A stretch of 33,000 bases of DNA from Dicyema japonicum (Eukaryota > Animalia > Dicyemida). The translations under genes were made by a program, and so were the position numbers. Positions 1 through 11,349 of the stretch are shown here, one piece after another. Each line of letters starts with the position of its first letter. The stretch's first letter is position 1. Under the pieces are notes generated by a model. It saw only the letters and a list, made by a program, of their open reading frames with translations. It searched no databases and had not been told where the DNA came from. The stretch is taken from NCBI GenBank assembly GCA_011109175.1, contig RDEW01000029.1:96158-129157 (forward strand), in the 5' to 3' direction.

Positions 1-392
1 CAAAGATGCATATAGTTGCGACAGGGAGGAATAGAAGTCGTCTAGTTCGTCTCCATTGATTAATACTCTCACCTTAGTTGGTGCATATACATTAATAATG
101 AAGATTATGGAATTGTTCCTTTCACCGTATTTTAATTGTAAAACACATATTCTATCACCCTCCACGTCTTGTGGATTCGATTGTTGAGTTCTTTTTGTAT
201 TGCAAATCCCATGCCGTAGTGTGGGCAATTCGAAGGGTGCAGAATCAGGCGGAAATCATTGTTGATTTCATCTAGTCCGCCTTTTACTTTCGTTTCCTGT
301 AACCACGGTTACCTTGTACGATCCAAGCATAAATTTCTTCTTTTAGTATCCGACTTTAATCCTCTTACATTGAACGAGCTAATAGTGAAAGA
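1..392 (-). mobile_element. Decayed APE endonuclease of an RTE-like non-LTR retrotransposon (runs off window start)
   Basis: Minus-strand motifs in order: FTISSFNVRGL, LQETK, HYGMGFAI, IINVYAPT, interrupted by a stop and frameshifts. Confidence 0.75.
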
Positions 393-819
393 TCAAAAGC
401 ACGAAAATTGGGTAAATCCATATTGAATATAAGAATCAATCCATTTGCGATTAACCATTACAATCAAATAACAAAAAAACACGTGGAATAAAATTAATTA
501 AATATTCTAATGCTAAGACCTGCTTTCCGAGGTTAAACCAACAAACCTTTTGTTTAATTGTTTAAAAAATTCAGGGACTGTGGTAACTCGATGTCTATTA
601 TTAACTTGCTTTTCAGTGTGTTAAAACATACTTCCATAATCATGCTACAGAATTCTCATCAACTATAAGAGACCAAGGTCAGAAAGCTATCTTATATTCC
701 TTCGACTTACTCTGCTGCATAAACTCGAGTTTTTTCAAATTATGCAACGAAGTAAAAAATTATTCCATGATAATCGGTAATATTAAAAAATTTTTCTAAA
801 AAACCCAGGTTTTCCGGTA

Positions 820-1013
820 CCGATTTACTCCTGTTGCGGTCGAGTCATCGGGAGCCGTGGTCCAATGACTACTGAGTTTTTGCGCGAACTCGGAGGAATG
901 CTTGCCAGAAAGGAAGGGATCAACGAGAAGGGTTATGACTGAGACAAAAGATTGGAATGGTTACACTCCGAAGGAACTCGTTTGCGATTCATGCAGCCGG
1001 CTTCCTCAACTAA
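820..1013 (+). mobile_element. 3' end (restriction-like endonuclease tail) of a CRE-like non-LTR retrotransposon, decayed
   Basis: Across frameshifts: RFTPVAVESSGA..TTEFLRELGGMLARK..DQREGL*LRQKIGMVTLRRNSFAIHAAG, resembling the F.P.AVE..G...FL.ELG......R....LRQ.I....RGN tail; A-rich sequence follows. Confidence 0.7.
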
Positions 1014-2254
1014 CATTTGTTTCTTTGTTAAAGGAACATAAAAAATAATTTTTATAAAATATTCTTAATTTCATTAGTTTCAAAATGTTCTTTTAGCCAA
1101 AAAATATATTTACCCTCATCCAACTTCAATGACTAGAAAGTGAGGCTCTGATCGGGAAAGTGACGTTAATGATCGGGAAGCCCAATAATCAAATTAAAAT
1201 TTAAGCATTAACATTAGGCCTTTCTAATGGACAGGAGTTTTTTATGATTGTTATGAGACAAGTTATCGTGTCTCATGTTGACTAGTGACCTATTGGATCA
1301 TTGATCGGACTAACAAGGTCGTCCACTTATGGCCCAAGGATTCCCGACGTTTCTTCACTATAAAAAACGTAGTCTTCAAAATATTTAATAAAAAGTTCTA
1401 TTCTTTCGTTGTGATACTTACGCTGTGCCTGGAATCGAAGCCTACTCCTTTTGAAAATCGTCGACCCGAATGAAAGCAAAGTTGATTAGATTTATGGAAT
1501 CTTTGGAGGTATTTGCCTCAGAGTTATTTGTACCTTTGGAAACTGCAACAACCTTATCGTCCTCGGGGCTTGAAAGTCTTCATTCATTGATGGAAGGAAA
1601 TCTTCCGCAGTTCTCACTGTGTATCGAGACAAACGAAATACGCAGCTGAGACATTCTTTTGAGGGAAAAACAATCTCCAAGCTATTCGTTTCTGTACATC
1701 TAACGACATCACTTGTCATACAGGAACCTTCAGCTGAAGCATACATAGAAAGATTCGAACCCTGGCCATCAGGACTTTGTCCAGCACTTATGACACTACA
1801 CCATCCCGACTTAAACGACATTACAACGCATTTAAGAGCGGTCCTCGAGATTCCATAATCGAAGCTTGCCTTCTCAGGACCTCAAAAATTATCATAATTG
1901 TAAACTCTTGTATGAGCATCCATGTGCAGTGATCTTCGGATTGTGTACGGAATTCCTACTTAGCTCCATGTAGCCCTTGTCCTCTTCCTTGAACAAGTTG
2001 ATTGACTAAGAACCATCAGAAACCCAAAGTCATGAGAACCCAATGAACTAGACTGATCATCCATCAGAACATAAATAGGATAATTTGTCTAATAAGCGCC
2101 TAGCTAAGATTGACGTCCAATCTTTTTCCTTGGTGGTTGCACAACAGGGTATCCTTCTCATGGGAATAAAACGGATGAGAATGAAGTGATAAAAATATTT
2201 TCTAGCGCATAAAAGTCAGAGGATACGAAAGATAAGAAATAACAAGGTTGACAA

Positions 2255-2400
2255 GTGCTTGCTTCGCAAATGCTGCAATATTCTCTTGGCTTCATTGCTT
2301 CATTTGACAAAGCAATATTGCATATTAGGCAATACGGCTTTGCTTCATCAATGGGACTTGGAATTAACAAAAATCTTCCTTGCCAACTACGGGCTGAACT
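2255..2400 (-). mobile_element. hAT (Buster/Charlie-type) transposase N-terminal zinc-finger remnant
   Basis: DEAKPYCLICNIALSNEAMKP matches the P.C.IC...LSNEAMKP motif of Buster/ZBED5-like transposases. Confidence 0.7.
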
Positions 2401-3199
2401 CACCACAAAGAAATTTATTTCGCGCTTCTTAATAATTTATGTCCGTACGTGGAACTCCACAAAAACCAATCAAAATAAAAATTAGTTCTCTGGATAATTC
2501 AGATTTTTCTGAGTTGAATGGTGTAATTTTTAGTTAAAATCGTTATTATTTTAAAAACATAAAGTAGCCAAAACCAGTCAAAATGAATAAAGTGTCATTT
2601 TAGTGATATTTTATTATTCTTAATTAACAAAAAACTTAAACAATAATAATAATCGAATAAAGAAAATCAATTGTAATTAACACTATGCAAGCTGAATTCT
2701 CCTCCTCTTTTGGCATTGGCCCTTTGTATTACCCTCACTGTTCTTCTCGTATACCACTAGAGAAAGCAAATCACTAGACAAGACAACTGTTTCTATTGGT
2801 TCCTCTTCGACGTCACCTCCGAGTTTAGAGCCTCTTGAGATAAGATGATTAGTCACTCTTGTAACCTCATCATTATAGTTATCAACTTTCAGCCCATGTC
2901 TATGCTCGATTATCATGCTCTATAAAATTTTTTAACTGATTAACTTTGCATCTTCCATACATGGAAATTTTTGTTTTTGATAAGTTGTTTTCTGAGCCTC
3001 CTGATCCGATTAAATCATCTCGACTTTTCTGGTCCACACGCGTCTTTTTATTAGGCTTACATTAAATAGTTTTCCAAATGCGTCGCTTTCAAGAAAGAGT
3101 ATATTTTTGGAATACCAAGAGCACCGTAGGTTCAAGGCCAGTTTAGGAGGTATCATTTATAAAATAATGTATAGGTTAAATCAATCTCTTAAAAATGGT

Positions 3200-3349
3200 T
3201 ATCATCCGTTTCTTTTACAGAAGGAAAAAATGCGAAAGAAAAGATGGAAAAATGATGAAGAATCGTTGAATGTAGGAGACAGAGTCATTCTACGAACGGA
3301 CTGTGATTACAATCAAACAACGAAAAAAGGTCCATTCTGGTATTTTTAA
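3200..3349 (+). mobile_element. Possible C-terminal tail of a Ginger/Gypsy-type integrase, decayed
   Basis: LNVGDRVILR...KKGPF resembles the integrase C-terminal GPY/F module; no DDE core seen. Confidence 0.35.
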
Positions 3350-4143
3350 CTAAATAAAATAATTAGAGTCAGAAAAAATGTTTAAAAAATGCAAAAAATC
3401 GATGATGTTCCACGAACGGACGGTGACAATTTATGTTAGCCTTCTAATAATTTTTAATATATTTTTACTTTTCATTAATACTTTCGTTTTTTTTATAAAA
3501 ATTAAAAAAATTAATAGTTAAAATCCTAGTATCTTTAGGTTTTATTGAAAATCCGAAGGATCAACCTAAAGCCCTGTTTGTGATGTGGCGTGGGTTTTTA
3601 CAACGAAGCGATAATTGAACACGCAAAACGCAAGCATCCTACATATTATCGGGTCTTTGATAGAAAAAGCTGGAGACAACTGAGAAGGATGTTTGATTGA
3701 GTAGATTTATCTTATTTTATGAGTTGCAGTTAAAGCTTGTTGTAATTGCAAGAAATTATAAACAATCTTTTTCGCTGACCAACTCCTAGTGTTATCACAC
3801 TTTGTCAGTTTAACGATTTATCAGTAATTGATATACTTCACCTCTTGGATACTTAATTGGAGAGGATGTAATAAAGGGTCATCAGCCAAGAAGAGAAATG
3901 CGTTATCTCATATTACTGACCCTCTAGGCATGTTTCAAAATCAAATATAGTTTCTTGGCCTTTGGGTTTCTCCCTAACTTTAATTAGCGTTTTGAATTCT
4001 GTTGCCACACGAATCAGATAATACACTTTGATCTTAGCTAAGGGATGGAAAGTGATAACTTTTCGGATTCAAAAAATTAGTTAAGTGTATCCAGTTTCCA
4101 CTGCTATGGAAACAGTGTCCATTCGGAGTCAGCATAAAAGGAA

Positions 4144-4300
4144 AAAGACGTCCATACTTGCAGTTGTGGAAACTCTTCCTTAGGAGTGGGAGAGAGTAAA
4201 TGATCCTTTTTGTGCCAGTCTGACACCTTGACAGGTGGATCACGTGACGCCACTCTAATAGGAAGAAAATGGGGAGGAACAGACAAAACAAACAGAAAAC
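4144..4300. repeat. Unidentified dispersed repeat A, copy 1 (copy 2 at ~30912-31060)
   Basis: cgtccatacttgcagttgtggaaactcttccttaggagtgggagag aligns with cgtccagtctttgcagttgtgagaacccctccaatggagtgggggag, same orientation. Confidence 0.7.
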
Positions 4301-4649
4301 TTCAACCAATTAGTCACGCGGAGAATAAATGTCTATGACACATTTTTCCATTTGAACATAAAAAATTTTTTTACAATAACTTTTTTCCATTTGTACATTA
4401 ATAGCTTTTACGTCCAGAAGACGGGTCAGCTCTTCAATGGTCCGGGTCCACCTACTAGTTCTATTCAGAACCAAATATGCGTGTTAGATGTACGGGAGCG
4501 TCCGCTCTTGGCTGTAACGTTTTTGGTTCCTTTCACTTGAAGGGAGCGGTTGGAGCTTGGGACAGATTTAACGTTGGACAATATTCTAAGCATATCGCAC
4601 AACAACTGCACTTTTAAAAAAGTGTAACGACCCCCGGGAAAGAAGTCTG

Positions 4650-4785
4650 ATGTCCCCTAGTTCGAATCTCGCTGCTGTACATTTCAGTTGAAGGTTCCAC
4701 GCATCTACGATGCTTTGGCTTGCCGTCATCAGTGAACATTTCACCTCGGAACCGGATCACCCATAAAGGACATAACAACAAAAGC
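4650..4785 (+). mobile_element. tRNA-derived SINE copy (head degraded)
   Basis: gttcgaatctcgctgctgt..gttgaaggttccacgcatctac..catcagtgaa..cggaac matches the 14921-15114 copy. Confidence 0.8.
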
Positions 4786-5059
4786 ATACCCTGCTTTTCT
4801 CTCCACGATTAGCTATCATAACTGTTCTTTACTTAACTCTTCAGAGGAACGAATTATTATGATTTAATCACACTTTCTCACCTTTTTTAGAATATGTACT
4901 TCCGCATATGTTGGCCCTTGTCCTGCCATTAGATCCCCCAGAGATCAGACAATAAGACAATCTATCTGACGTAAATCTAACATTAAAGAAAATGGGACAC
5001 CACAAAGATCAGTCAGGTTTAGTCAGGTTGATTAGGCCATGTCATCAAGGAGACATGAA

Positions 5060-5180
5060 GGGCATAACGATGGAGCCACGTGGTGCCATGTCTCCTTGAT
5101 TGATGATTTCATTTCCTTTCCACCACCTTACTCAGGAGACGCCCAATGCCTGGCCGGCATTCAGAAGGACCCATCTATTC
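5060..5180 (-). repeat. Unidentified dispersed repeat B, copy 1 (core)
   Basis: Reverse complement gggtccttctgaatgccggccaggcattgggcgtctcctgagtaaggtgg..gcaccacgtggc matches 7323-7445 and 22440-22492. Confidence 0.7.
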
Positions 5181-5510
5181 ATTCCACTTTGAGGCAATTT
5201 TGCTCCCTGGCGATGAGTTCTCAGCTTTTGGACAAAATCCTTTGGGTAACTGTGCTTGAGCGAGGGTTCTGTTAGAACGCGTCAGGATCAAGTAATTGTT
5301 AGTTTGGTTTTACCCCTGATGGTTCTTAAGTACTTTAACGTTTCCTGGGTCACTAGAAGAAGACACTAGTTTTCATCCACCATGAAGCTAAGTAGATATA
5401 GTTATTCAAAGTAACGTTAACAATATTGTTCATTAAAGCACGTGTTTATCATTCTCCATACGAATAGAATTAGCTACTCTCACTTACTAATTTATTACAT
5501 TTTCTGGAAG

Positions 5511-5560
5511 TGACGAGTGATTCATCACTGCGGAAACGGATTGTCTTCAGGAAGTCACAC
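5511..5560 (+). mobile_element. SINE 3' fragment
   Basis: tgacgagtga..tcactgcggaa.cggattgtc matches the SINE tail. Confidence 0.65.
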
Positions 5561-5710
5561 GCAGTCCAAAAGAAGTTATGAACACACTCATCCTGGATTG
5601 GGCACAATCCGTATTATCATAACTGTCCTTTATTTCAAAATAAAGTGAAATTCCTGTAAAACTGAGGTTCAAGTCATGAAAACAAGACAAATATAAATGT
5701 GTACGAAGTC

Positions 5711-5956
5711 TTAGTCAACTTTGAATTTATCAATAGTTTTACTAACAACATCCAGGTGGTCTAAAATTCCATTCAGGGTTAATCTTTGGGCATTAATATC
5801 AACTGATTTGATGTTTATTATTAGAAAATTCTCCTCAACGTGCATTTCCTTAGTAGATCCAGATCTTTTCGGCTCCTTTTCTACAACCATGCTGTTATAG
5901 GCGATTGTGGCGTCCTTTAGGCATTTGAATGGGATTTTTATGGATCTAATAGGCAT
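5711..5956 (-). CDS. PCC1: KEOPS complex subunit Pcc1/LAGE3-like, 81 aa, intronless
   Basis: I.IPF....A.IAYNS..V.KEPKRS...K...VE.N.L.I...R...N..LDHL..V..TI..F pattern of the Pcc1 family; complete ATG-to-TAA ORF. Confidence 0.9.
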   Translation of the reverse strand: MPIRSIKIPFKCLKDATIAYNSMVVEKEPKRSGSTKEMHVEENFLIINIKSVDINAQRLTLNGILDHLDVVSKTIDKFKVD

Positions 5957-7322
5957 TTATTAAAAACAATACGCTGAAGGCACATCACACAATTCAAGCA
6001 TTTTTAAATAATAATTTAATTTTCTATAGTTTATTAAAAAATTTATTACGTAACAGGACAATCAAAGTAATCCAGTTGATAGGATGGAATGGCTGTTTCC
6101 CCTGACAACTGCCAGAGAAATCTTTTGGAACAGCCACTCGGTTCTCGATAAGACAACAGCGGGCTGTACATTGAATCTTGTGGAGACGAGAGGCTGTCGT
6201 ATTATTTATTTTGAAATTCTTGAAAGTCAGAGTAGCCTCCACAGCTTTCAACGCAGAGCCAGCAAGTCTCGACTAGGAATAGGTGTCGGTACAGGCCCCA
6301 TCCTAAATCAAGCTTTATCCCTTAGAGAAGGGGAAGACAGTTACCCCGTCATGGTGCTTTCTATCACCGGGATCCAGGGCCACTGGTTCCAGAGACGACG
6401 GGATTCCAACCGTCTCAAGAGAGCGCCTCACAACTCATTTGATGGCTGCATGCCTCAGGAACCAGCCTCTGCTGAGACGACAAGAGAAGGGGTGAAGTCC
6501 TTTGCAGTCCACAACAGATCCACAATTGCATGATTGAGGCTGGCACAAGTCGATCCCGAGACGGATAGATATCCCATTCCGGAGGGCGTCCTGTCCCAGA
6601 AGGGTCTTCGCATCCTCGGACTTGAAGGAAGTGCCAATAAATGGATTCTATATCCATGCGAACGTTTCACCGTCGAAATCTTTAAAATAATGAGCAAAAT
6701 GCTTCACCAATCCAAATGTTCAGCAAATATTCCCAAAATGTCAACCAAATAGGCAAATTTGACAATTTCGAATCACTTTTACACGAGACAGCCAGGCACT
6801 CATAATAATATAAAAGTGAAGCAAAGTGGTAAAGACAGTGGCAGAAATAGAAACCAGTCGTGGATATTTTTGAAACGCGACTGAGTGGTCCAGTCCCTGG
6901 AATGGTTATAATTATGAGATTTGAGTGTATTTTTTCTAGGTTATTTATAAAAAGTGATCCCAGACAGGAAAACATAGGTCATCGTTGTTCTGGTAAATTG
7001 TCTGTAGACAATCGTCAAGCTCTCAGTGCTCTGACAAAATAACGTACCTGCCACGGCCCGAAATAGGTTAAGTTTCTGAGATTTTTCCAGTCCATACGAG
7101 ATTGTCTACAATTAGAAAAACAGAGTTTTTTTTAATTAAAAAAAACTTAATAAAGTCATTGTAAAGTCTCTTAGCAGAGTCTCTTTTCTCATCACTTCAT
7201 TATGACACTCTGATGACGAAATGTAACTTTTAATGGACTTTCGAACTAACTCCTTGATCCCTACTCGTTCCAGCGTTCCAGAACTTGTCTCCAGGTATTG
7301 TCACCCCGGGGAAAGAATAGTT

Positions 7323-7445
7323 GGATCCTCTTTATGACGGTCAGGCATTGGGTGTCTTATCAGTAAGGTGGATCCAATGACCCCATCGGAAAGAGGGAAA
7401 ATATTTTTGACCAACTAGCCACATTGCACCACGTGGCGCCACGTG
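7323..7445 (+). repeat. Unidentified dispersed repeat B, copy 2 (core)
   Basis: ggatcctctttatgacggtcaggcattgggtgtcttatcagtaaggtgg..gcaccacgtggc. Confidence 0.7.
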
Positions 7446-9789
7446 ACATACTTTCAATCCCACTTGGACGTAAATCCTGATGTGGACTATCCCATTGTCA
7501 AGGTGGGTTTCAATACTTCCGAGCGGGAAAAGGTTGATATATGTGGCACACCCTTCAGATCTCAGCAACTAGACAAACGTGCCGTTGTTGACTCTACCTC
7601 TCAGTAGCCTCTCAAATTCGCACTTTGACTTTATAAATACGAAATTTTGACCTAAAAAATTGACTTTACTAATCTAAACTTTATTAAAATATAGAATAAT
7701 GTTATAAAATCGTTTTCAGGTTGAAAATTTCGGTAGATAATATTTTATCAATAATAAAAATCTTCTGAATAAGGATATTTTTTCAAATAGCCGTATATGC
7801 ATTGAGAAATATGTTGTTTTTCCATTTTTAATAGGAAAAACAGAAAATCTAGATTCCAGATACTTCTTAATTCTGCACAAATTGTTACTGAAATACGATT
7901 TTTAAATATTCTAGCTGCGTCTTCTACTGTGAAGTAAATATTCCCTGTCATCTTTATCAATTTATAAACCAATATTGACATAATTGGCTGATAAATTGCA
8001 AATTTTCATCAAAATTATAGTTTACTTCAATAAATTTTTACGATAATATTCTAAAATTACAAAACAATTTCCCCTTATGACTGGAATCATTTTGATTAGA
8101 TATCCAATTTTAATAAAATTTTTCTGTTTTTATGCAAGAAATTTATAGCCCACTGGACTCTAACGGAAATATTTTGACTGAATCTGATGTGGAGATGCGG
8201 AGTAACAGGGAGGTTATGGCACACTCCTCTTCTAAGAGAAGAGGGGTTACCAACAATCTGGATCAAAATACGCTTAATTAGCTAATTTACTCGTTATTAT
8301 TATTTTATTTGAATAAATTGCAAGAAATCTATTAGTGCATTCACATATATCGATTCCGTAATTTTTTCTAATTATATAATAAATGCATGTAAAAAACTCA
8401 AAAATGGCTCCGGTCAAGTTATCTATTGCATAAACTTTCTACACTTTTGCATAGAAGTAAGTAAAACGATATCCAACTCCCTCAAACTAGTTTTTTAAAC
8501 TTTAATGTTCAGCTTTTGCAAATAAAATCATATTCGAGTAAGCATTAGTGACCTCATTGAGCCTAGAATCGGTAGATGGAATGAGAAAATCGGATATTTT
8601 TACATCGCAACTGAGAAATAAAAATGATAGACCTGTTAGTTTTAAATATTTATTTTACAAAACAATCAATAAAAAGCTGTGTTAGAAGTGAGTTGATAGA
8701 AAATTCACCAGGGTATTTTCTAATAACAGTCTTAACCTTTTCAATGACTTTCCTGATTTGATAACAGATGACACGTTAGTATTTTATCTATAAACTCAAA
8801 AAAATAATAAATAAAAATCATTAAAAATTTTGATTTTATTGACCTAAAAAATTAAATTTGACCATTTTTGACATTACCCAAAATTTTGACGTTTTTTACT
8901 TTATAACTTTTGATTTATATAACATTTTTGATTGAAAATCACATTTTTATAAGTTTTAAACAATTTTAAGGAACATATGAATTTTTGACTTTATTGACAA
9001 AAATCGCCCTACTGATGATTCTGTGATGAAGAACCATCTTGACTAACCCCTGACTGTAGTTCAGGGAAGAAATGTGGAGTGTACTAAATCTGGGTGAGAG
9101 TAGATGCTCAGACCACCAAAGCGGACAGGTGCGGTTGTTCCATCCAATCCATGGTCCTCCAATTGGATATTTTGACATTTTGAGTAGATTCTATTGGCAT
9201 ACGGCACTCGTCTAGGTAACACAAGACATATAACGACATCCCTTGCCACAGCTGCTTCCGAAGCTGACCGGAGGTGGGTCCAATGGATCCCCGTTTAACT
9301 TTAGAGGACTATGAAATAAAGTATTTCTCATGGGTCAGGTTTGTGCTTTTTTACAGGAACTATTAAAACTTAGTAACCTCCGAGAGTGCTGAACCTCTCA
9401 ATTGTCTGACGAGCACTAAAGAGATCGGTTTACTCGCAACGTTGAGACTAACTGCTGAAAACTAAACTCCAATTGTATCTAATAGTTTCCCGAAGAGTTT
9501 TCTTTTGATTTTACATTAATAATTATAGCAAACCCTCATTAATCCAAACAAAAAATTGGATTTTTTCGGTTTGTGGGGGTTTTCGGATTGTGAGGGGAAT
9601 AAATATACTAATTTCATTGTAATTAATATTCATGTTTTCTCAGAAGAAAATATATAAAAATTTTAAAATTAAAACTGTTTTTTTTATTTAATAAAGTCAT
9701 AAATAGTTGTTTGATTGTGGGGTCTGTGTGGAGTCTGATTGTACAAACTCCACATCCGTCCCCAGTCTGCTTTCAGAGGAGGCGACGGT

Positions 9790-10005
9790 GATAAATGGCC
9801 TGGGCTTCCTACGTATGTGCAATGAGTTAGGAAACTCATTAAGAGAGAGGGTGGTTCATGCGGAGGAATTCAGATCGGCATTAAAAAAGTGCACCCCGAT
9901 AGAATTCCTCTGCAGAAATAACAAAGACACTTCAGAAACGCTGTTGGTTCACTGGCGGAGCATTTAGAGAATTCGAGAGATGTTGGAGGCTGGGATCACT
10001 TAATT
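9790..10005 (+). repeat. Unidentified coding-like dispersed repeat C, copy 1 (copy 2 at 31258-31435)
   Basis: NGLGFLRMCNELGNSLRERVVHAE..IREMLEAGIT vs NGQGFLRFCNELGKRFNERVVHGE..VRELLEAGIT; this copy has frame-disrupting indels. Confidence 0.8.
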
Positions 10006-10199
10006 TAGCAAATTTTTTAACTCTACTAAATTTTATGCATTTAATAGTTGTATTGGCAAAAATTCTCCATCAGTCTCTCCATGTTCAACATCAATAATTT
10101 CCTCGTCGGCATTATAATCTTCACAAAAAGAGTGACAACTTCTTTCTCATTTATGTTTGAGTTAGTTTCCTTTCATTTTCATAGTACAATAATTTTCAA

Positions 10200-10829
10200 A
10201 CTCAAAATCCTTTAAACATCTTATTGTGGCCAATAAAAGGGTTTAATTTGTAATGTTCCAGTTCATTAGCACAAAGAGCTATAGTGATTCTCACTTTTGA
10301 TTGCTTTATGCCTTTTCTATCTTTAGATGAAATTGTTCTAGAAAGGACAGATTGATAAAAGAGTCCAGTTTCATCCATATTTGGAAATACATCAGGGTCA
10401 ACTTCTTTTATCTTTATCATAGTTTGTCTATTCAAATTAATTTCATTTTGTGTTAAGCTGTTAGCCTCTCTGTGAATAACTCTCAGTTTAAGATTAAATC
10501 CTCTTTTAAATCTGTGTAGCCAGCATATCGAAATTCCAAAATAAAGGTTCATTTTTATTTCAAAGATATGGGATAATTCTCTGAGATTCATTTTTGTGTA
10601 TTTTTTATTTTGCAAACATTCCTTTCTATCCAATAGAAATTTCGGTTCTCTTTCTAACCACTGTAAGATTTTACTTTAAAATTTAACAATAAATTAATCA
10701 GAAATTTTTAATAAATGTCTTTCGGATTATGAAGTTTCGGTTTATTGAAGCCTGTTTGTATGGAATCTTCGTACTGAATCAAACAAAAATTCGGATTATT
10801 GAAGTTCTGATTAATAAGGTTTTACTGTA
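10200..10829 (-). mobile_element. pogo/Tigger DNA transposon relic (CENP-B HTH + DDE start) with one terminal repeat
   Basis: WLHRFK..F.L....IH.EA.S, NMDETGLFY, KQSK.RIT..LCAN motifs. Minus-strand terminus TA-CAGTAAAACC at 10818-10829; subterminal repeats ttcggattattgaag at ~10721-10805. Confidence 0.9.
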
Positions 10830-10931
10830 TTTGTGTCTTATTAACCCATAAATAATCGATTTTTGCTAAACAGAACATTGCTGTGAAACTAAAGAAATAG
10901 GCTTCTGAGACGTTTGCCGCTGAACATCTAT

Positions 10932-11225
10932 GGAAGCGCTATTTCCGTACCCCTGTGAATTCGTGTCCACTATACAGCTTACTGGCCCTTCTAGCTTCCT
11001 AAATGACGAAAGACCTATCCGCATGTGAGATTTTGTTAGTCGAGGTTAAGGATCACAAGAGCAAGTCCCCGAGGCAAAGGAAGCGCTATTTCCGTACCCC
11101 TGTGAATTCGTGTCCACTATACAGCTTACTGGCCCTTCTAGCTTCCTAAATGACGAAAGACCTATCCGCATGTGAGATTTTGTTAGTCGAGGTTAAGGAT
11201 CACAAGAGCAAGTCCCCGAGGCAAA
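10932..11225. repeat. Tandem duplication, 2 x 147 bp
   Basis: ggaagcgctatttcc...ccccgaggcaaa at 10932-11078 and 11079-11225; no mismatch seen. Confidence 0.97.
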
Positions 11226-11349
11226 ATTTGTCAAAGCTTAATTCCACTGTTAATGAACACAACAGTATTGATTCCTTACAAAGAACATGTATTAGAGCAA
11301 CTACAATATTTAAAACCCAAGAGAATTAAACCAAGGACCAGAAAGTGAC

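Noticed and set aside
1492-2100. ORFs of 79-109 aa on both strands
   Set aside because: No family motif, and no micro-intron model gave a recognisable protein.
6084-6752. Two in-frame ORFs separated by one TGA (selenocysteine or readthrough?)
   Set aside because: No recognisable domain, redox motif or SECIS; probably repeat debris.
7050-7071. piggyBac-like end (TTAA-CCTATTTCGG, minus strand)
   Set aside because: No matching second terminal repeat or transposase motif found.
9395-9450. Hammerhead-like CTGACGA...GCAACGTTG (also CTGATGA at ~7210 and ~14979)
   Set aside because: GAAA core or stem II missing and stem I does not pair; at most decayed.
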